The position numbers were made by a program, and so were the translations under genes. Shown here one piece after another: positions 1-14,900 of a stretch of DNA of 64,000 bases. The stretch comes from a virus. The notes beneath the pieces were generated by a model. The model was not told the DNA's origin and searched no databases. It was given only the letters and a program-made list of their open reading frames with translations. The stretch covers positions 32,001-96,000 of the IMG/VR virus record IMGVR_UViG_3300042880_000288; one strand, written 5' to 3'. The first letter of the stretch is position 1. Each line of letters starts with the position of its first letter.

Positions 1-1
1 A

Positions 2-2995
2 ATGGAGACTGTAAAAGATATTATCAATAGAGAGATCTTAAGGTTCCAAGATGGTATAACTAAAACTAGCAACAATAGTAAGTATGTAATTGATGATGAT
101 TTATATACCCGTGTTACCACTGCTATTGAATCACTTAAGAAAGATGCATATAACTATAAGAATATCAATATAGTTTTAGCTGAGTTCAATAAAACAATCG
201 GCCAAGGAAAATCAGTTGATGACTTTATAGCAGCTCTTAAAACAAGATTACCTATAGGTACAGATGGTATGAGTAAGTATGTATATAAAGTACTTGCCAG
301 AAATTTAAAACAAGTTATTGAGCCAGAAGATCCTAAAGCTAAAAAATTATCTGCTGATGAACTAAAAAATTATTTAAAAGAACAGATCTCTGAACTTACA
401 TATGAAGAAAGTAGAATAGGAGGTAACTATTTAGATGCTGAAATAAGAAAATTCCTTGATGAAGGTGAAGCTCAGTTTGATGAAACTAAGATTGATAAAG
501 CTGCTTTTGATGCAATCTTTGGACCTAATTCAGTACTTGCTAAATTAAAAACTAGACAGGACAATGGTGAAATAAAAATCTATGCTAATAACATTAAGTT
601 ATTTGATAAAGATTCTAAAATTGCTGGAGAGATTGACTTATTAATAGTTGATAGAGAAGGTGCTGTGTCTATAGTAGATATTAAATCAGGTAATAAAGAT
701 AAGTGGTCTGGCTTTCATGATGCCGCTAATCCTTATTCTAAAAAGGAAACTTATTTATTACAACAAACAGCATATGCAAACATGTTTTATAACATGACCG
801 GCATTATGCCAAAAGTTTATTTATTACCTATTGAAATTGAATCAGATCCAAATGTTGACTTAGATGAAAAAACAGGTCTACCAATTGGAGGTAAAATACT
901 TACTGCAAAATATGCTACGTCTCCAGTACAGTTAGGTGAAAATTTAATTGTATTAGATCCTAATACTGCATATGGTGATGAAACAATTCAAGAAAAAGTT
1001 GATACATTGATTCCAAGAAAAGAATTTGTTCCTGCTGAACCTGCTACAACTCCATTACAAGAAGTAAGTGATGAAGAATTTCAAGATTTTGTTGATAATA
1101 GAAATGTATCACAAAGTAGACTAGATGATATCACCTATAAAATATCTAGAGGTATTGAACTTACAGAGAGAGAATTAGCAATCAGTCAAGAATTTGTAGC
1201 TGATATAAACTTTAAACTAATTCAATTAGCACAACAAGAACAAGAGAATCAAGTGGGTGATGATGCTGAATCTGCTACAGGAAAAGCTGTCTTAGATGAA
1301 GTAAGTAAAGCTCTTACTGAATCTGAAAAAGAAACCAGACAAAGAAACATTGATATATTAAATAGAAGAATAAGTATTCTAGAAAGTAGAGCTCTTGAAA
1401 ATGACAAAAGTTTAGGAGAACTTCAAGATACTCTTGGTTTTTTACAAAATATGTTAGACTCATCTGTTGAAATAGCTGGTCTTGAATTTGAAGCATTAAT
1501 GAATAGTGCTAATAGTTTGTATGAGTTAGCTAATAAATTAAAATCTGCTAAACAAGTAAAAAGGGGAGAAAAGATTAAAGCCAGAGCTGGTCAGTATGAA
1601 AAGGAAACTAAAGAGAAAGCACGTAAAATTACATTTAAAGAAGCTCAGTTTATTTTAAATACTGTTAGAAAAGTACAAGATGAAATAAGACAACTTGAAG
1701 AGATTAAAAAAGATTTGACTAATCAGATTAATTATTACAATAATCTAAAAACTGATCCATCAATGAGACTTATTAATAAGTCTGAGATTAATCAAAAGAT
1801 TGTTAAGGTTAAACGTAAGATATCTACAATTGAAAAATTAATAAATATCTTAAGAAATGCAATTAGAAAATCATTAGAATATCTTCAAGAGTATTTAAAA
1901 ATCTTTAATAAATATAATACTAAACTTGATAGATTCAGAAAAGATACCGGTTTCCAAGAATTATCAGCTGATGAAATTAGAGCATTGATTGATTCTTTAG
2001 ATCCAAATGATGTATCTACACTAGATAGATATCCTCAACTTAAAAAACAATTTGACACTCTTGTAGATAAAGTTAATAAATCCATGGATGATGTTGAGTT
2101 TACTGATGAAGTCATTCAAGTTGAAAGAGATAGATTAGAAGAATTAGTTGCTGCCCATAAAAAGTATAATGATCAATTAAGATACTTGCAAGAGTTATTA
2201 GAACCAGTTGCTGCTGATGCATTTTATGAAAGTCCTTTGTCTGATAAAAATGCACCTGATGCACCTAAACCAAAAACAGGTGGTACTCCTGCTCAACAAA
2301 GAATTCAAACTAGAATTGAAGAAACTAATAAAGAAATCCAAGATGCTAAAGATGATATGGGTGACACTGTAGGATCATTTAGTCTTAGTGATATAGAAGA
2401 AGCCCCTAGTGGACAACCTGCTGTTAAAACTGAAGGATTTAAAACTCTTTCAGATATGGTAGAAGCTGCTAATGATCTTATTGAATTAAATAAGATCTAT
2501 GATGTAATTACTGACTATACTTTAACAGTAGATGAGTTAGATCAACTATCAGATCTTATTGATCAGAGAACTGAAGCATTACAAACTAATACAGCAACTA
2601 TTACATATAATGAAAATAATATTTCAAAAGGTGATAGATTTATCGTAAAAAATGCTATATTTATTAATAAGGAAATTTTTGCAGAACCAGGAAATTCACT
2701 CTTTATAGAATCTGTTAATGAAAATGGAGTTACAGTATATAAAGTGTTGGGAGGTGAAACAGAAAATCTTACCTTTGAAGAATTAACTAATAATACAACT
2801 CTTGATAACATGTCAAACATCCCACAAGAAGAACCAGTAGTTCTATCTACAGAAGATAAAAATGTAATTAAATCTTCATTAGATGCAGCTAATTCAATTA
2901 CTACAGATGACTTAGATGCAGTTAAAGATTCAATTAAAAATAAATCAATGGATGATTTAGAGAATGATTTATTAGAAACTAATGTTTGTGAATAA
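2..2995 (+). CDS. Giant virion cargo/ejection protein 1 (C-terminal part, probably 5'-truncated by the window) with PD-(D/E)XK nuclease-like domain and long coiled coil
   Basis: 997-aa ORF open at the window edge; GEIDLLIVD...IVDIKSG...QQTAYANM matches PD-(D/E)XK motifs II/III plus the QxxxY helix; heptad-rich middle; stop overlaps the next start (TAATG). Confidence 0.75.
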   Translation: METVKDIINREILRFQDGITKTSNNSKYVIDDDLYTRVTTAIESLKKDAYNYKNINIVLAEFNKTIGQGKSVDDFIAALKTRLPIGTDGMSKYVYKVLARNLKQVIEPEDPKAKKLSADELKNYLKEQISELTYEESRIGGNYLDAEIRKFLDEGEAQFDETKIDKAAFDAIFGPNSVLAKLKTRQDNGEIKIYANNIKLFDKDSKIAGEIDLLIVDREGAVSIVDIKSGNKDKWSGFHDAANPYSKKETYLLQQTAYANMFYNMTGIMPKVYLLPIEIESDPNVDLDEKTGLPIGGKILTAKYATSPVQLGENLIVLDPNTAYGDETIQEKVDTLIPRKEFVPAEPATTPLQEVSDEEFQDFVDNRNVSQSRLDDITYKISRGIELTERELAISQEFVADINFKLIQLAQQEQENQVGDDAESATGKAVLDEVSKALTESEKETRQRNIDILNRRISILESRALENDKSLGELQDTLGFLQNMLDSSVEIAGLEFEALMNSANSLYELANKLKSAKQVKRGEKIKARAGQYEKETKEKARKITFKEAQFILNTVRKVQDEIRQLEEIKKDLTNQINYYNNLKTDPSMRLINKSEINQKIVKVKRKISTIEKLINILRNAIRKSLEYLQEYLKIFNKYNTKLDRFRKDTGFQELSADEIRALIDSLDPNDVSTLDRYPQLKKQFDTLVDKVNKSMDDVEFTDEVIQVERDRLEELVAAHKKYNDQLRYLQELLEPVAADAFYESPLSDKNAPDAPKPKTGGTPAQQRIQTRIEETNKEIQDAKDDMGDTVGSFSLSDIEEAPSGQPAVKTEGFKTLSDMVEAANDLIELNKIYDVITDYTLTVDELDQLSDLIDQRTEALQTNTATITYNENNISKGDRFIVKNAIFINKEIFAEPGNSLFIESVNENGVTVYKVLGGETENLTFEELTNNTTLDNMSNIPQEEPVVLSTEDKNVIKSSLDAANSITTDDLDAVKDSIKNKSMDDLENDLLETNVCE

Positions 2996-5900
2996 TGAAA
3001 ATTACTTGTGCTCTTAGTAAAGAACATTTACTAAAACTTGCTGCTGTTATATATAAAGATATTGAATCATACCAAGCAGAGAATAAAGCCTATGATGCCA
3101 GAGTTTTAATGAATCAGTTATATGATAAATTAAATAAAGCACAAGGTCAAGAAGTTGCCTTATCTTATATGCAACAGATGCCATTTTTAGTTGGTCAAAT
3201 TGCTTTTAAAGAAAGCACTGAGCTCATTGAAGATTTTGCTATTAATGATCTATTTAAGTTAAATAAAGAATTCAGAAATGAAGATTCTGGAGTTCAATCT
3301 TTATTAAATTTTTTTGGTAAGACAATTGATGCATCTACTCTAAAACTACTTGCAGATGCAGAGTTAAATAATCCTGTTGAGAATGATGGGCCACCAATTG
3401 CTGAAGAACCTCCAATAGAAAAATTTACTGATAAGAGATTAAAAGTTTTAGTTGACAATGCTATATCAACTACCTGGGAAGAGTTTTTAGAAATGGATCC
3501 TAATTTAAAAGTTGATGAAACAATAGAGAATGTAGATCCTGCTAAAACTACTGTATATAATACACTAGATAGACTTAGAAAGTTAACTTCTGGTGGAACT
3601 GCCTTAGATACTATAGTAATGGATGATAACAAGGTTAAACTTAGAGTTTGGTCTCTTAATGCATTTCCTCAAGACTTACTATATCAAAAGACAAAAGATC
3701 TTAAACAAAGAATAAATACATTTCAATCTGGTAAAGCTAAAGATCAAGGTGAAGTAAAACCGGTTACTGAACAATTCATGGTTGTTCTTACAAATGAAAA
3801 AGGTCAGATACTTTATTTTAATGAAGCAGGTGTTGTTACTCCTAAAGAAAATGGAGGTAAACCTGTTTATCAAATGCTAAGAGATGTTAGATTAGAGAAA
3901 GGTGGTGAGTATAGAGTTACAGATATATATGGTAGAGAGGATATGATCCTTGGTTCTGCTCAAACTGCTCAAGCAAGAGTAAAACAAATGGGTTATAAAT
4001 CCATTGATATGTTTGAAAAATCTGAAGGTGTTAAGTTCTCAGATTTTGTAAATCAAATTGAAGAAGAAAGACAAGCAAAGTTTAAAGAGTATTATGATTT
4101 TAGACAGTCCTTAATTGGAATGCCAGCTAATAGACAAATATTTTTACCACTTGTTGATGTAAGTAATGGTGTTAGAAATGGTAGAGTTAGACCAGGAACT
4201 ATGAACATCAATAACTTAAGATCCTTTACTCCTGAACAAGCTGAAGCTATACTACAATCAATTACATTATTAGATACTGATTATATTACTGAAGATAGAA
4301 CACTTAAAGCTAATACATCAGCTGTTCAAATTAATGGAGAAGTATTTGAAGTTGACAGACCAGATATATCAACTGATCTGGCTACAAAAATAGCTAAGGT
4401 GCTTACTTCTAAAGATCTAAGTATTACAAGTAAGTTGGACTTTGTTCAACAGTTTTTAGATAACGCATTAGATGAAGATGTTAGAAGACATTTTATAAAG
4501 TATGATGCTGACCAAAAAAAATTAAGATTTTTATATAGAACATATATAAATGCTCAGTTTAAAGAAATTAAAAAAACAAATCCAAAAGCTGCAAATACAT
4601 GGTTGGAAGTTGATTTAACTGGAGGCCCTGCAGCTGAAGCAAAAATTATTGAAGTTCTTTTGAAAGGTAAAGGAACTTTAAAAAAAGAGAATAATAAAAT
4701 TGTATTGGATAAGAACGGTATTCCTGAAGTGGGAAGATATTATCCAGCTAAAATTAAATACGATAAAGGTTTACTGCAAGACGGTACTTATTTTGATTAT
4801 ATAGAAGATCCAAATAAACCTGGAGAATATATGTTCAGTGTAGGTTCCTATAAAACAGGATTACTTCCAACAATGGATGCTAAAATTGTATTAGGAAAAT
4901 CTAAATCAATTCCTTTGTTTAATAGCTACATGATTTTTGCAATTCCAAATGCATTTTCAGAATCTATTGATCAAATTAAAGATGAGAATGAAATAAAAGG
5001 AGAGCCTTCAGAAATACGTAAGAAGTATAATGAGTTAGTAGATATATTAAAAAATTCTCCTGATCAAAATCCAAGTTTAAAAGCAACAGTTACTGAATTA
5101 GGAAAGATAACACAGACACCTACAGGTAATTATAGAAGTATTGATATTACAATTGAAGGTCAAGAAGGAACTTTTAGATTGTATAGAGTTGTAGATACTA
5201 GTGCTAAAGTTGGAGATGAGATAAGTTTAATACTTAGAGATATTGAAGTACAAGATGGTATGGGATATCCTAATACTATTGTAGGTGTAAGAGATTTTGA
5301 AGGTAGAAGATATGACTTTGGATTCTTACAAGACTCATTCCGTAGTAAAGAATATAATGAACCATCAAGACAACCTGTACCATTAAATACTGAAGCAATA
5401 GAGGAAGCTAAAGAAGAAGAAGAACTTGATGATATAACAGATACACAATCTGAAGTAGGTGAGAGTAAAGATATTCCAATAACTCCTATTGAACCTGGTA
5501 AAGGTAGTATAGGTAGAATACTTGATGAGGATCCGGGGTTTGTTCTTGATAGAAAAACATGGCTGAGTCAATCAGGAATTACTCAAGAGCAATTAAATAA
5601 TGCAAAAGATTGGTGGGAGAATTCATCTTCTGGTAAGCTTTTAAATAAATACATTGAACTCAGTGTAGCAGCAGATTTAGTTAACTCTGATGTATATGCA
5701 AAATTTATTGCTAAAGGAGCATGGCTTTTAGGTTATGCTGATTACAAATTACAGCCAGGTAAACTTGGAGTTATTGCTTTAAATCCCCGTAATGGTGGGA
5801 ACTATGTAGATGTTTATCATGAAGCTTGGCACGTATTTTCTCAGTTATTCATGACTAATGAACAAAGAGTTAAATTATATACAGAGTTTAGAAATTCAGA

Positions 5901-8900
5901 TCCTGCATACAAGGATATGTCCTTCTTTGAAATAGAAGAAAGACTAGCAGAAAACTTTAGAGAGTATGCAAGAAATCCTAAACCTGTTAAAAGTCAACCT
6001 GTTAGAAATACATTATTTAGAAAAATATTAAACTTCCTAAAACAATTATTCGGTAAGGTATCTCCAAAAGATATCATTGATCCAAATATAATGGAAATAG
6101 GAATGGTTAATGAATTGTTTGAAGCTCTTTATTTCAATAATGATAATGTATTAAATAAATTTTCTCCATCCGTAGATAATTTAAAATGGGATGAACTTGA
6201 TAGAGGAGTGGTTGTAAAAACAGAAGAAAAGAATTCTAAGGGTAAAAATATAAAAGTTGAAGTACTGAATGAACAAGATGGTAGAGCTCTTGCAAATACC
6301 ATTGATTCTGTACTATCTGAAATCATTGATGAAAGTTCTAAATTTTATAATAAAAAATCAGGAACTGTAAAAATCTTAACTGATTCCTATAATAAAGGTC
6401 TTGCTTATGATAAGGTTAGAAAGAAGTTCATAGAAGATATTAAACAATGGCAAAAAGAACTTCTTATTAAAGATGCTAAGTTTGATACCTATACCACTTT
6501 AGATCAATTAGATTCAAATGCCTTTGCTGTAATAAGAAGTAAAAAAGGTGATCATAAATATATTTTCTTAAGAGGTCAAGTTGAAAGTTTTAAAAATCTA
6601 ACAGCTGATACTAAACTTGGAGAAAGAGAGAAAGGAAAACTATACAAAGACAATATTGAAATTGTAGCAGATTACTTTGAACATGATTTAATTAAAGATA
6701 GAAAAGGAAGAGGAGCAAGTATAATAATTGTTGATAGTAGACAAGAAGCTGAAGATCAATTTAAAAATTATATTGAAATTGATCCTATTACTAACGAACA
6801 AAAGGCACCTTCAATACAATCAATTAAATTTAATGAAGATAGAGTTGCTGCAAGATTATTTACTCCAGAGCAACAACTTAAATTAGATAACATTAGAATC
6901 TATGAAACAGCACTTAAACACTGGGATTCTATTATTGCTCATCATGAAAATAACTCAACCTTTGATATAATTAAACAAAAATATATCTTACTTGAAGAAG
7001 ACCCAAGTACAAACTCATCATTAGATACTACAAGAGCTAATGAAACTAGGACTGGGGATAAACAAATTGGAGAGTTTACATTACAGGAAATGGCTAATAA
7101 AGAGACTGTATATATATTAAAAAGTCTCTTTAAGAAAGAAAAGAAAGGAACTGGTTATGTTAATGTATATGATAGATTTGGTAATAAACAATTAGCTGAT
7201 TTTAGAACAGTATGGAATGCCGTTGTAAGAGCCACCAATAGTGCAAAAGATCCTCAAAAAATATATGATGCACTTGTAAATGCTGCCAAGTTTTCTCCAG
7301 AACTACAACAGTTAATAGATTATAAGTTGCCTTTACCAAATCAAGTAAATCAATCTTCTTCTGAGTTTGATATTACTACTTCATTCTTTACTGATTTTAG
7401 TAGACCAAAAGTACCATATATTCAATTGTTAGCTTTTGATGATGGTGTAGAATTCTCAACTGAAGTAACAGATGCTGGTATAGATGTAAGTAAAACTTTA
7501 AAGATATTTGAGGCTAAGTTCCGGTCAGATAAAAATGATTCATACATTGAAAAAGATAATAATATATCCAGACTTAATTTAAATGCTGTATTGCAAAATT
7601 TTAGAAATAAAAATAGTGCAAATTTAATTCTTGATGAAGATAAAGCATTTAAGTTTCTTACATCCATTGGATTCTATTTTGATGATCTTACTGCTATTAA
7701 AGATGAATTAAAAGATTTCAATAATAGAAAGTATTATTATATACCAAGAATATTTGAAACAATCAAATTAGTACATGAAGCTAGTTTAGATCCTAACTTA
7801 TCTAAAGAAGGAAGAGAATTAATAAATAAGTTTAGAATGAGTCCATTGAGGGTATTAAGAAGTGGTATACCTGAAAATGTATTGGGTCAGAAAGATTCTT
7901 CTTTATACAAAAATGGGCTTTCACAAAAGACTATTGTTGATAGACTGCTTACATTACAAAGTAAATACGGTAAAACCGGATCTAATTTTAGTGTATTAAA
8001 TCCTGAAAGAAACAGAGTTAATTTACATACTGATGATAACACAGCAACAGTAATAGCTGATGCAATAAATCAAGTAAGTAATAAATCTGATATGTGGACA
8101 AAAACACAGTATAGATTATTAAATTCATTTAACCCTGCAGTTAATGCATTTACTAACAGGTCCCAAATAATGAAAGCTTTATTTGAGCCAAGTAATAAAA
8201 GAAGAACTGACAGATTTTTAGAAATTATTATGGTGGCTGGTACACAGCTTACATTAAATGATGTATTTTTATCAGGAACATCAACTACAAGTTTAGATGG
8301 CCAGGGTAAATTCTTACAAGATTTTCATACATTTCTTAAGTCAGGTTATTTAGAGTTTTTAAGACCAGGTTCTAAATCCTCTTCATTTGGATTCATCTTA
8401 CGTGGAGGTTTCCCTATTGATGTAAAAGGTATGGGTAAGAATAAAGAACAACATCTATATGCAGATATAGATGACTTCCTTACTGCAAACAATAAAGAGA
8501 CTGAAGTAATTGAAAGAATTATCCTACCATATCTTGCAGGTGAACTTGAAAGAATAAATAAATTCAAAGAAAACCCAAAAGCAAAAAATTATATAGGGTA
8601 TAATCAAAAAGTCACTGACTCAGGTAAGAGAGCTGGAGAAGAGTATGCAATATTTGAAGGTATACTTGATGATAAAACTAAATCAGACTTATTAGAAAAA
8701 ATAAACAACTCTGGTATAGATTTAATAAACTATCTTAAAAATGATCCTGATTTAAAATCTAGTTTGATTAAACAAATCAAAGGTTATTTTACTACTAGAA
8801 GTACTGATGTTTATAACAGATTAAATGAAGGTAAATATGTAGATCCTAAACTATATAATAAAGTACCTGGTGATTTGACTAAGTCAGAAAAAGAAAAAGT

Positions 8901-11900
8901 TCTTGCAAAGACTTTCATGTATAATTATTGGATTCATAGTGTTGAGACTCAGATATTATTCTTAGGTGACATATCTCAATATAATCATCTTAAAGAAGAA
9001 TTACATAAGAGAACTTCTGGTTTGATTTCAAATGGTCCAAGATTTAGGACTGATACTGCTGCTCAATTATTTATAAATAATAAAGCTTTATGGGCAAAAA
9101 GTACTTATGCATCTACTTTACCTGCTGAGTATCAAAACTTTGAATACAATGGTACATTTAATACCGCCATCATGGAGGATATTACTAGAGATAGTGAATA
9201 CTTAGATATAATTAAAAAAGGTCTTGAAAAAGATTATGCAAAAAGATATGCTTTACTTCCAACAGCAGAAGCTAAAAAACTTATAGAAGAAAGAGTAGCA
9301 AAAGAAATTGCTAAATATACGGCAGATGAAATCAAAGAAGGTGATGGTCAAGGTTATATTACTGTTGATGCATATAGAACATTAAAAAAATTACAAAACC
9401 GTTGGTCAGATCAGCAAGAAGTTCTATATCAAAAAGTAATTAAAGGAAGTGAGATTACACCAGCAGAATATATTGAACTTTTTCCTCCATATAAATTACA
9501 ATACTTTGGTCCATTAGTAGCACAAACAAAAGATTTTGCTAATGGTACAGTTTTACCAGTTACAGCTTTCCATAAGTTTGCCTTGGTACCTTTAATTCCA
9601 TCATGGGTAAAGGGTTCTGATCTTGAAGTATTGCATAAAGAAATGCTAAGGAATAACATTCAATATGCAACATTTGGTAGTGGATCTAAGGTAGGTGCAG
9701 TAACATCTGATGGTGAATTAGATAAAATTTATGAGCCCGGTTCAGATAATAAAAAATTAAAAAGTAAAATAAACTTTACTAAAAATACTATTAATGTTGA
9801 GTACTTAAAAGAAGTAACCAGTGTACCTAGTAAATTAAAAGGTAAAGTTATATTCTCAACTCAGTTAAGAAAATTAATTCTTGAAGGATTATTTATTAAA
9901 GGAGAACTTGTAAATGGTGCTAACAAAGATATAGTAGAAGGATACACTTCATTGGTTGACTCTTATACTAAATTATTAAAAGAAGAATTATTAACTGAAA
10001 TTGGTTATACAAAAGAGAATGGAGTATATGTTGGTAAGCCTGCTAAATTATTAAAATTAATCAAAGACAATTTAGCTAAAAAAGATTACCCAAGTCACCT
10101 TCTTGATGCATTAAAAACAAATCCTGATGGTTCACTTAAGTATGACTTATCAAATTTTATTGATGCTCAAACTATAGAAAGAACTGTATTATCAATTGCT
10201 GAAAATAGATTTGTTAAACAAAAACTAAAAGGAGAAGCTTTAGTTCAAGTAGCAAGTTCCATGACAAATGGTTTATGGACTGCAGGAAATAAATTTAAAG
10301 CAGGATCTAAGGAAGATGTATTAAAGTATATGGGTACTAATAATCTACCTTTCTATTATCCTGGTGAGGATGGTAAAACAAATGCAATGAAAGTTGCTAT
10401 TGCTTTACAAGGAGACTTCTTCAATTTATTAAACTTAAATGACTTAGATGGTCAACCAATTAAGACAAGAGAAAGACTTAATGAACTGATCAAACAAGAT
10501 GAATGGTTAAATAAAGATAACAACCGTAAAGCTATTACCATGACTGCTGTTAGGATTCCTGTACAAGGACTTAACTCTATGGAGTTTATGGAAGTTTGGG
10601 AGTTCTTGGATCCTTCTGCAAGTAATATTATTATTCCTCCTACAGAACTAGTAGCAAAATCAGGGGGTGATTATGACGTTGATAAGCTTACTACATTCAT
10701 GCCTAACATAGATAAAGATGGTAATGTTTATACTTCAGATAAAAATGCAAAAGCTTTACTTGATTCTATTAATGAAGCAGACAGTAAAGATAAAATGGCC
10801 TTAATCAAGCAAGCTAAAAAAGTAATGGAAAATGACTTGATCACTAGTATCAGATCTATTCTTGAATTACCAGAAAATTATGCAACTCTTGTAAGACCAA
10901 ATGATACTTACATGCTTAAAGATATTGCTGATGAATTAGCTGATGTTGTAGTTGATTATGATAAATTCCAAACAGTAAATAGAAAATTCAAAGAATATAG
11001 AATTGTAAAAGGTAAAAAAGCAATTAGTCCTACTACTACATTAGAACCTTTATATAATATTGATAAGTTTAATGGTAACATGATTGGTAAAGCAGTACTT
11101 GGTATTGGTGCCAATGAGAATGCTTTTAGTCCTTTATTAAATTCTATTGGTGCTAAAATGCCATTGACTTATCAGGAAAGTGAATTTGATCCAAAAATCA
11201 ATAAGTATAAAGATATAAAGGATGGTGAAACTTATAGAACAAGATTACTATTACGTCATAATAAAAATGCTGATGGTACAATTTCATTAGCAGATGTAAA
11301 CTCTGTTGATGCTGTAAATAAAATAGCTGACTTGTTTTCACAAGGTATGAATGGATGGGTTGACGTTGAAAAAGATCAGTGGATCTTTTATATTCAAGGT
11401 AACTTAGAAATATCTCCTGTATTACTGTATTTATTAAAAGCTGGTGTACCTGTGAGAGATGCTGTTATGTTTGTGTCTACTCCTCTTATTAGAGAGTATG
11501 CAAATAAACAAAGACTATTGAAAAGTCCATATGCAACTCTAATGGGTATTGCACCTACTGAACCTCAGTTTGCTCAATATAATGCAGCTAATGAAGTATT
11601 AAGTCCTGCTATAGATGCTTACTTGAAAAGAACTATTGATAAAGCTGTATTCTCAGGTTATAGTTTTGATACTGCATCAATAGCTTACTATGGTTTAGGT
11701 CCTAATGGTAGAAAACAATTAATGACTCAAGAGTTCAAAGGAACTGATGATCAAGTGATTAAAGATCAAATTAATGACTTCTTACAATATGTTGATTCAA
11801 ATGATGTCATGAGAATCAATTTTTATCAGCAAGCAGATAGAAGACAAAATAATAAAGTATACAGTAAACCAAGAGTTTCAAATAAAGAAATTTACAATTC

Positions 11901-14900
11901 AGCTGTACAATTAAGTGATAATAATTTAGATAGCTTTGGTAATTTTGATAAAGCTAAAATTGAACAATTAGTTAAGTCTAAAAATGATACTGATAAATAT
12001 TCTGATTTTTCAATGGCTGCATTCTTGCATTTTATTGAGATTGAAAAATATTTAAAGGGTCTAGGTAATGTAAAAAGATTATCTAAACCAGATACTCAAA
12101 CATTTAAAACTATACAAGAGGTTTTATTAAGAGATCTAAATATTGCATACTTAAATGATTACAGTAAAGTTGATAAAACTACTTTTGATAGATTAAGAAA
12201 TGACAGCATTCTTGCTGCTCTTGCAGATAAAGATATAATAACTCAAGTAATAAGTCCATTGTTTTCATTAAGAAATAGCAAGCAAGTATTAGATCAGATT
12301 GTTTCTACTATCAATACTAAAACAGAAGCTCTCAAAGAAAGATATGGTGGTCTTGGAGCAGACAACATTAGTAGGTTTATTGAAGAGTATAAAAATGCCA
12401 TCAATACATTTATACTACAAAACTTCTTAAGTAACAATATAAACTCTAATGGAGAGATTGTTTTAGTGCCGGATACTTACAAAGGTTTTGAAGTTGTTAC
12501 TAATGAAAATCTTGAAACAGATGTTGAAGTAACTGAGAAGGATGGTAAGAAACTTATTAGAGTTAATCCAAAAAGAATTGAAGCTGACTTTAAAAATAAA
12601 AACTACTTAGTAACCAGTAGCTCTAACAACTCTTACAAGTCAAGAGGCCTTGAAGCATTCCAAGTTGGTGATGATGTATTTGAATCTAAGTCAAGTTACT
12701 ATAGATATGTTATAGAAAGAGAGTATTTAAAAAATAAAGGATTTACTAAAGAAGAACTTAACAGTATTGCTTTATTGAATACTTATAATCCATCTGTAAT
12801 ATTGAGAAGAGGTACATATTCTTTTACAGATCAGTTATTAGAATCTATTCAACAGTTTCCAGAACTTTCTAAATATCCTGTAGTAAACCAATTAAGTTTA
12901 TATGCTTTTTCTAATGAATTTAATGTATTAACTTTAAATGATAAAGGTTTACTTGATGGTGCTCAAGCTGATATATATGCTCAGAATATTAGAGAACTAG
13001 CTAATCCAAAAATCCAAAAGATTGCAAACACTAAGGATAATGAAAAAATAAGTAGATTATTTTACATGCTTCAATTAATGGCAACTTACCAACATGGTTC
13101 AGGTCCTTCAATTGATGGCTTTAATGAAATACTACCTCAAGATTCATACTTAAGTGTTATGAATAATGCTAGTCCTTTATTCACTAAATACTATTTTAAT
13201 GAAGATACTCTTGAATATATTGTTGATGTTCTTACAGCAGATAAATTAAGAATTAAGAACTATACAAGCATGCCAACAAGTAATAATACATTTGTTATTG
13301 AGGCTAAAGCTGAAGGTGCTCAACCATCTATTAAACCAACAACTCCTACTTTAACTGTAAATGATCCTAAAGATTTTACAAATCATTCGGGTGGTGCTGC
13401 TTTATCTGATACTGAATGGGATCAAATAGGTAGAGAGTTTGGGGTAACTAATCATAAACATTATAGAGAGCCTTTAGATTATGTAGATACAAAAGGTGAA
13501 GCTGCTAAAGGAAGTAAAACATTAGATTCTAAAAAATTACAAGCAGCTGGTATTGAACCTACTCATATTAGTCAAAAAGACTATAATGAAGGTGCACAAA
13601 AAGCTACAAAAGCTTTTAGAATGATGTATACTGATTCTGAAAATAAATCAGTAAGAAGTGCCTATATTATTCGTAACTGGTTACAAGTTAAAAATGCTGA
13701 TGCCATATTTGCATTAGGTACTATAAAACAACCTGGTGAAAATGCATCTGATAAAGCTGGTGAAACAAGAATAGCTGCTGTCCCTATTGTTAAAGGTGGT
13801 ACAGGATATGCTGTTCAAATGGCTATTAATGAAGGTAAACCTGTTTATGTATTTGATGGTACTAAAGAAGGATGGTATAAGTATGATTATTCAATTAAAA
13901 ATTTTGTAAAAACTGATACACCAACTCTTACTAAAAACTTTGCAGGTATAGGAAGTAGAACACTAAGTACAAAAGAAGTAATAGACAAATCATTACAAGC
14001 CATCAGAGATGTATATACTCAAACATTTGGGGCTAAACAAAAATCAGATGGTACAACAGTTAAATACAAGTACTATGGTGCTATGTATGATATTGTTGTA
14101 GAGAATGGACTTGGTATAGATGTATTAAACTATAAAGGGAAACCGGCTAAAAAAGCAATTTTATTAGCTTACTTTAATCAAAATCCAAATATAGATCCTC
14201 AAAGTACTGGACCTGATCCAATAGTTTTAAGTGATGAAGAAATAAATAATGATGATACAGGTAACTCAGATCCAACAACAGGTAATACATTTACTTTTGC
14301 TGATGGTTATGAGATTGAAACTCCTTTTAAATTAAACAAAGAACAAGAGGCAGCTCTGTTAAAACTTGAAGAATTCTATAATGATCCTAAAAAATTCAAT
14401 AATGAAATTACATTGATTGGATATGCAGGAACTGGTAAAACTTCAATCATGGCTCTCTTTGATAAATGGTTGAATAAAGGATGGTTTGGACCTAATATAG
14501 TATATACTGCACCAACTCATAGAGCAAATGCTGTTACTAAACTTAAGAATCCTAAAATTAAAGTATTAACTCTCCATTCCTTATTTGGATTTGGTCCTGA
14601 AGTAGACTTTGAAGGAATGGATTATGACGTAAGAGATTTACAATTTGCTAATAATAGAAATGGAAAAATTGATAAAGGTCAAATACTTATTGTAGATGAA
14701 TCTTCTATGATTACTGATGAATTATATGATTTCTTAGGTCAGCAAAAAGATAAGTATGATCTTAAAGTTATATACATGGGTGATCCAGGACAGTTAGGTC
14801 CTGTGCAAAATAAAGGAGGCTTGACATCAAAAGTATTTTCTAATCCCACATCTAGTATTACTTTAACTAAAGTAGAAAGAACAGGAGATAATCCTATACT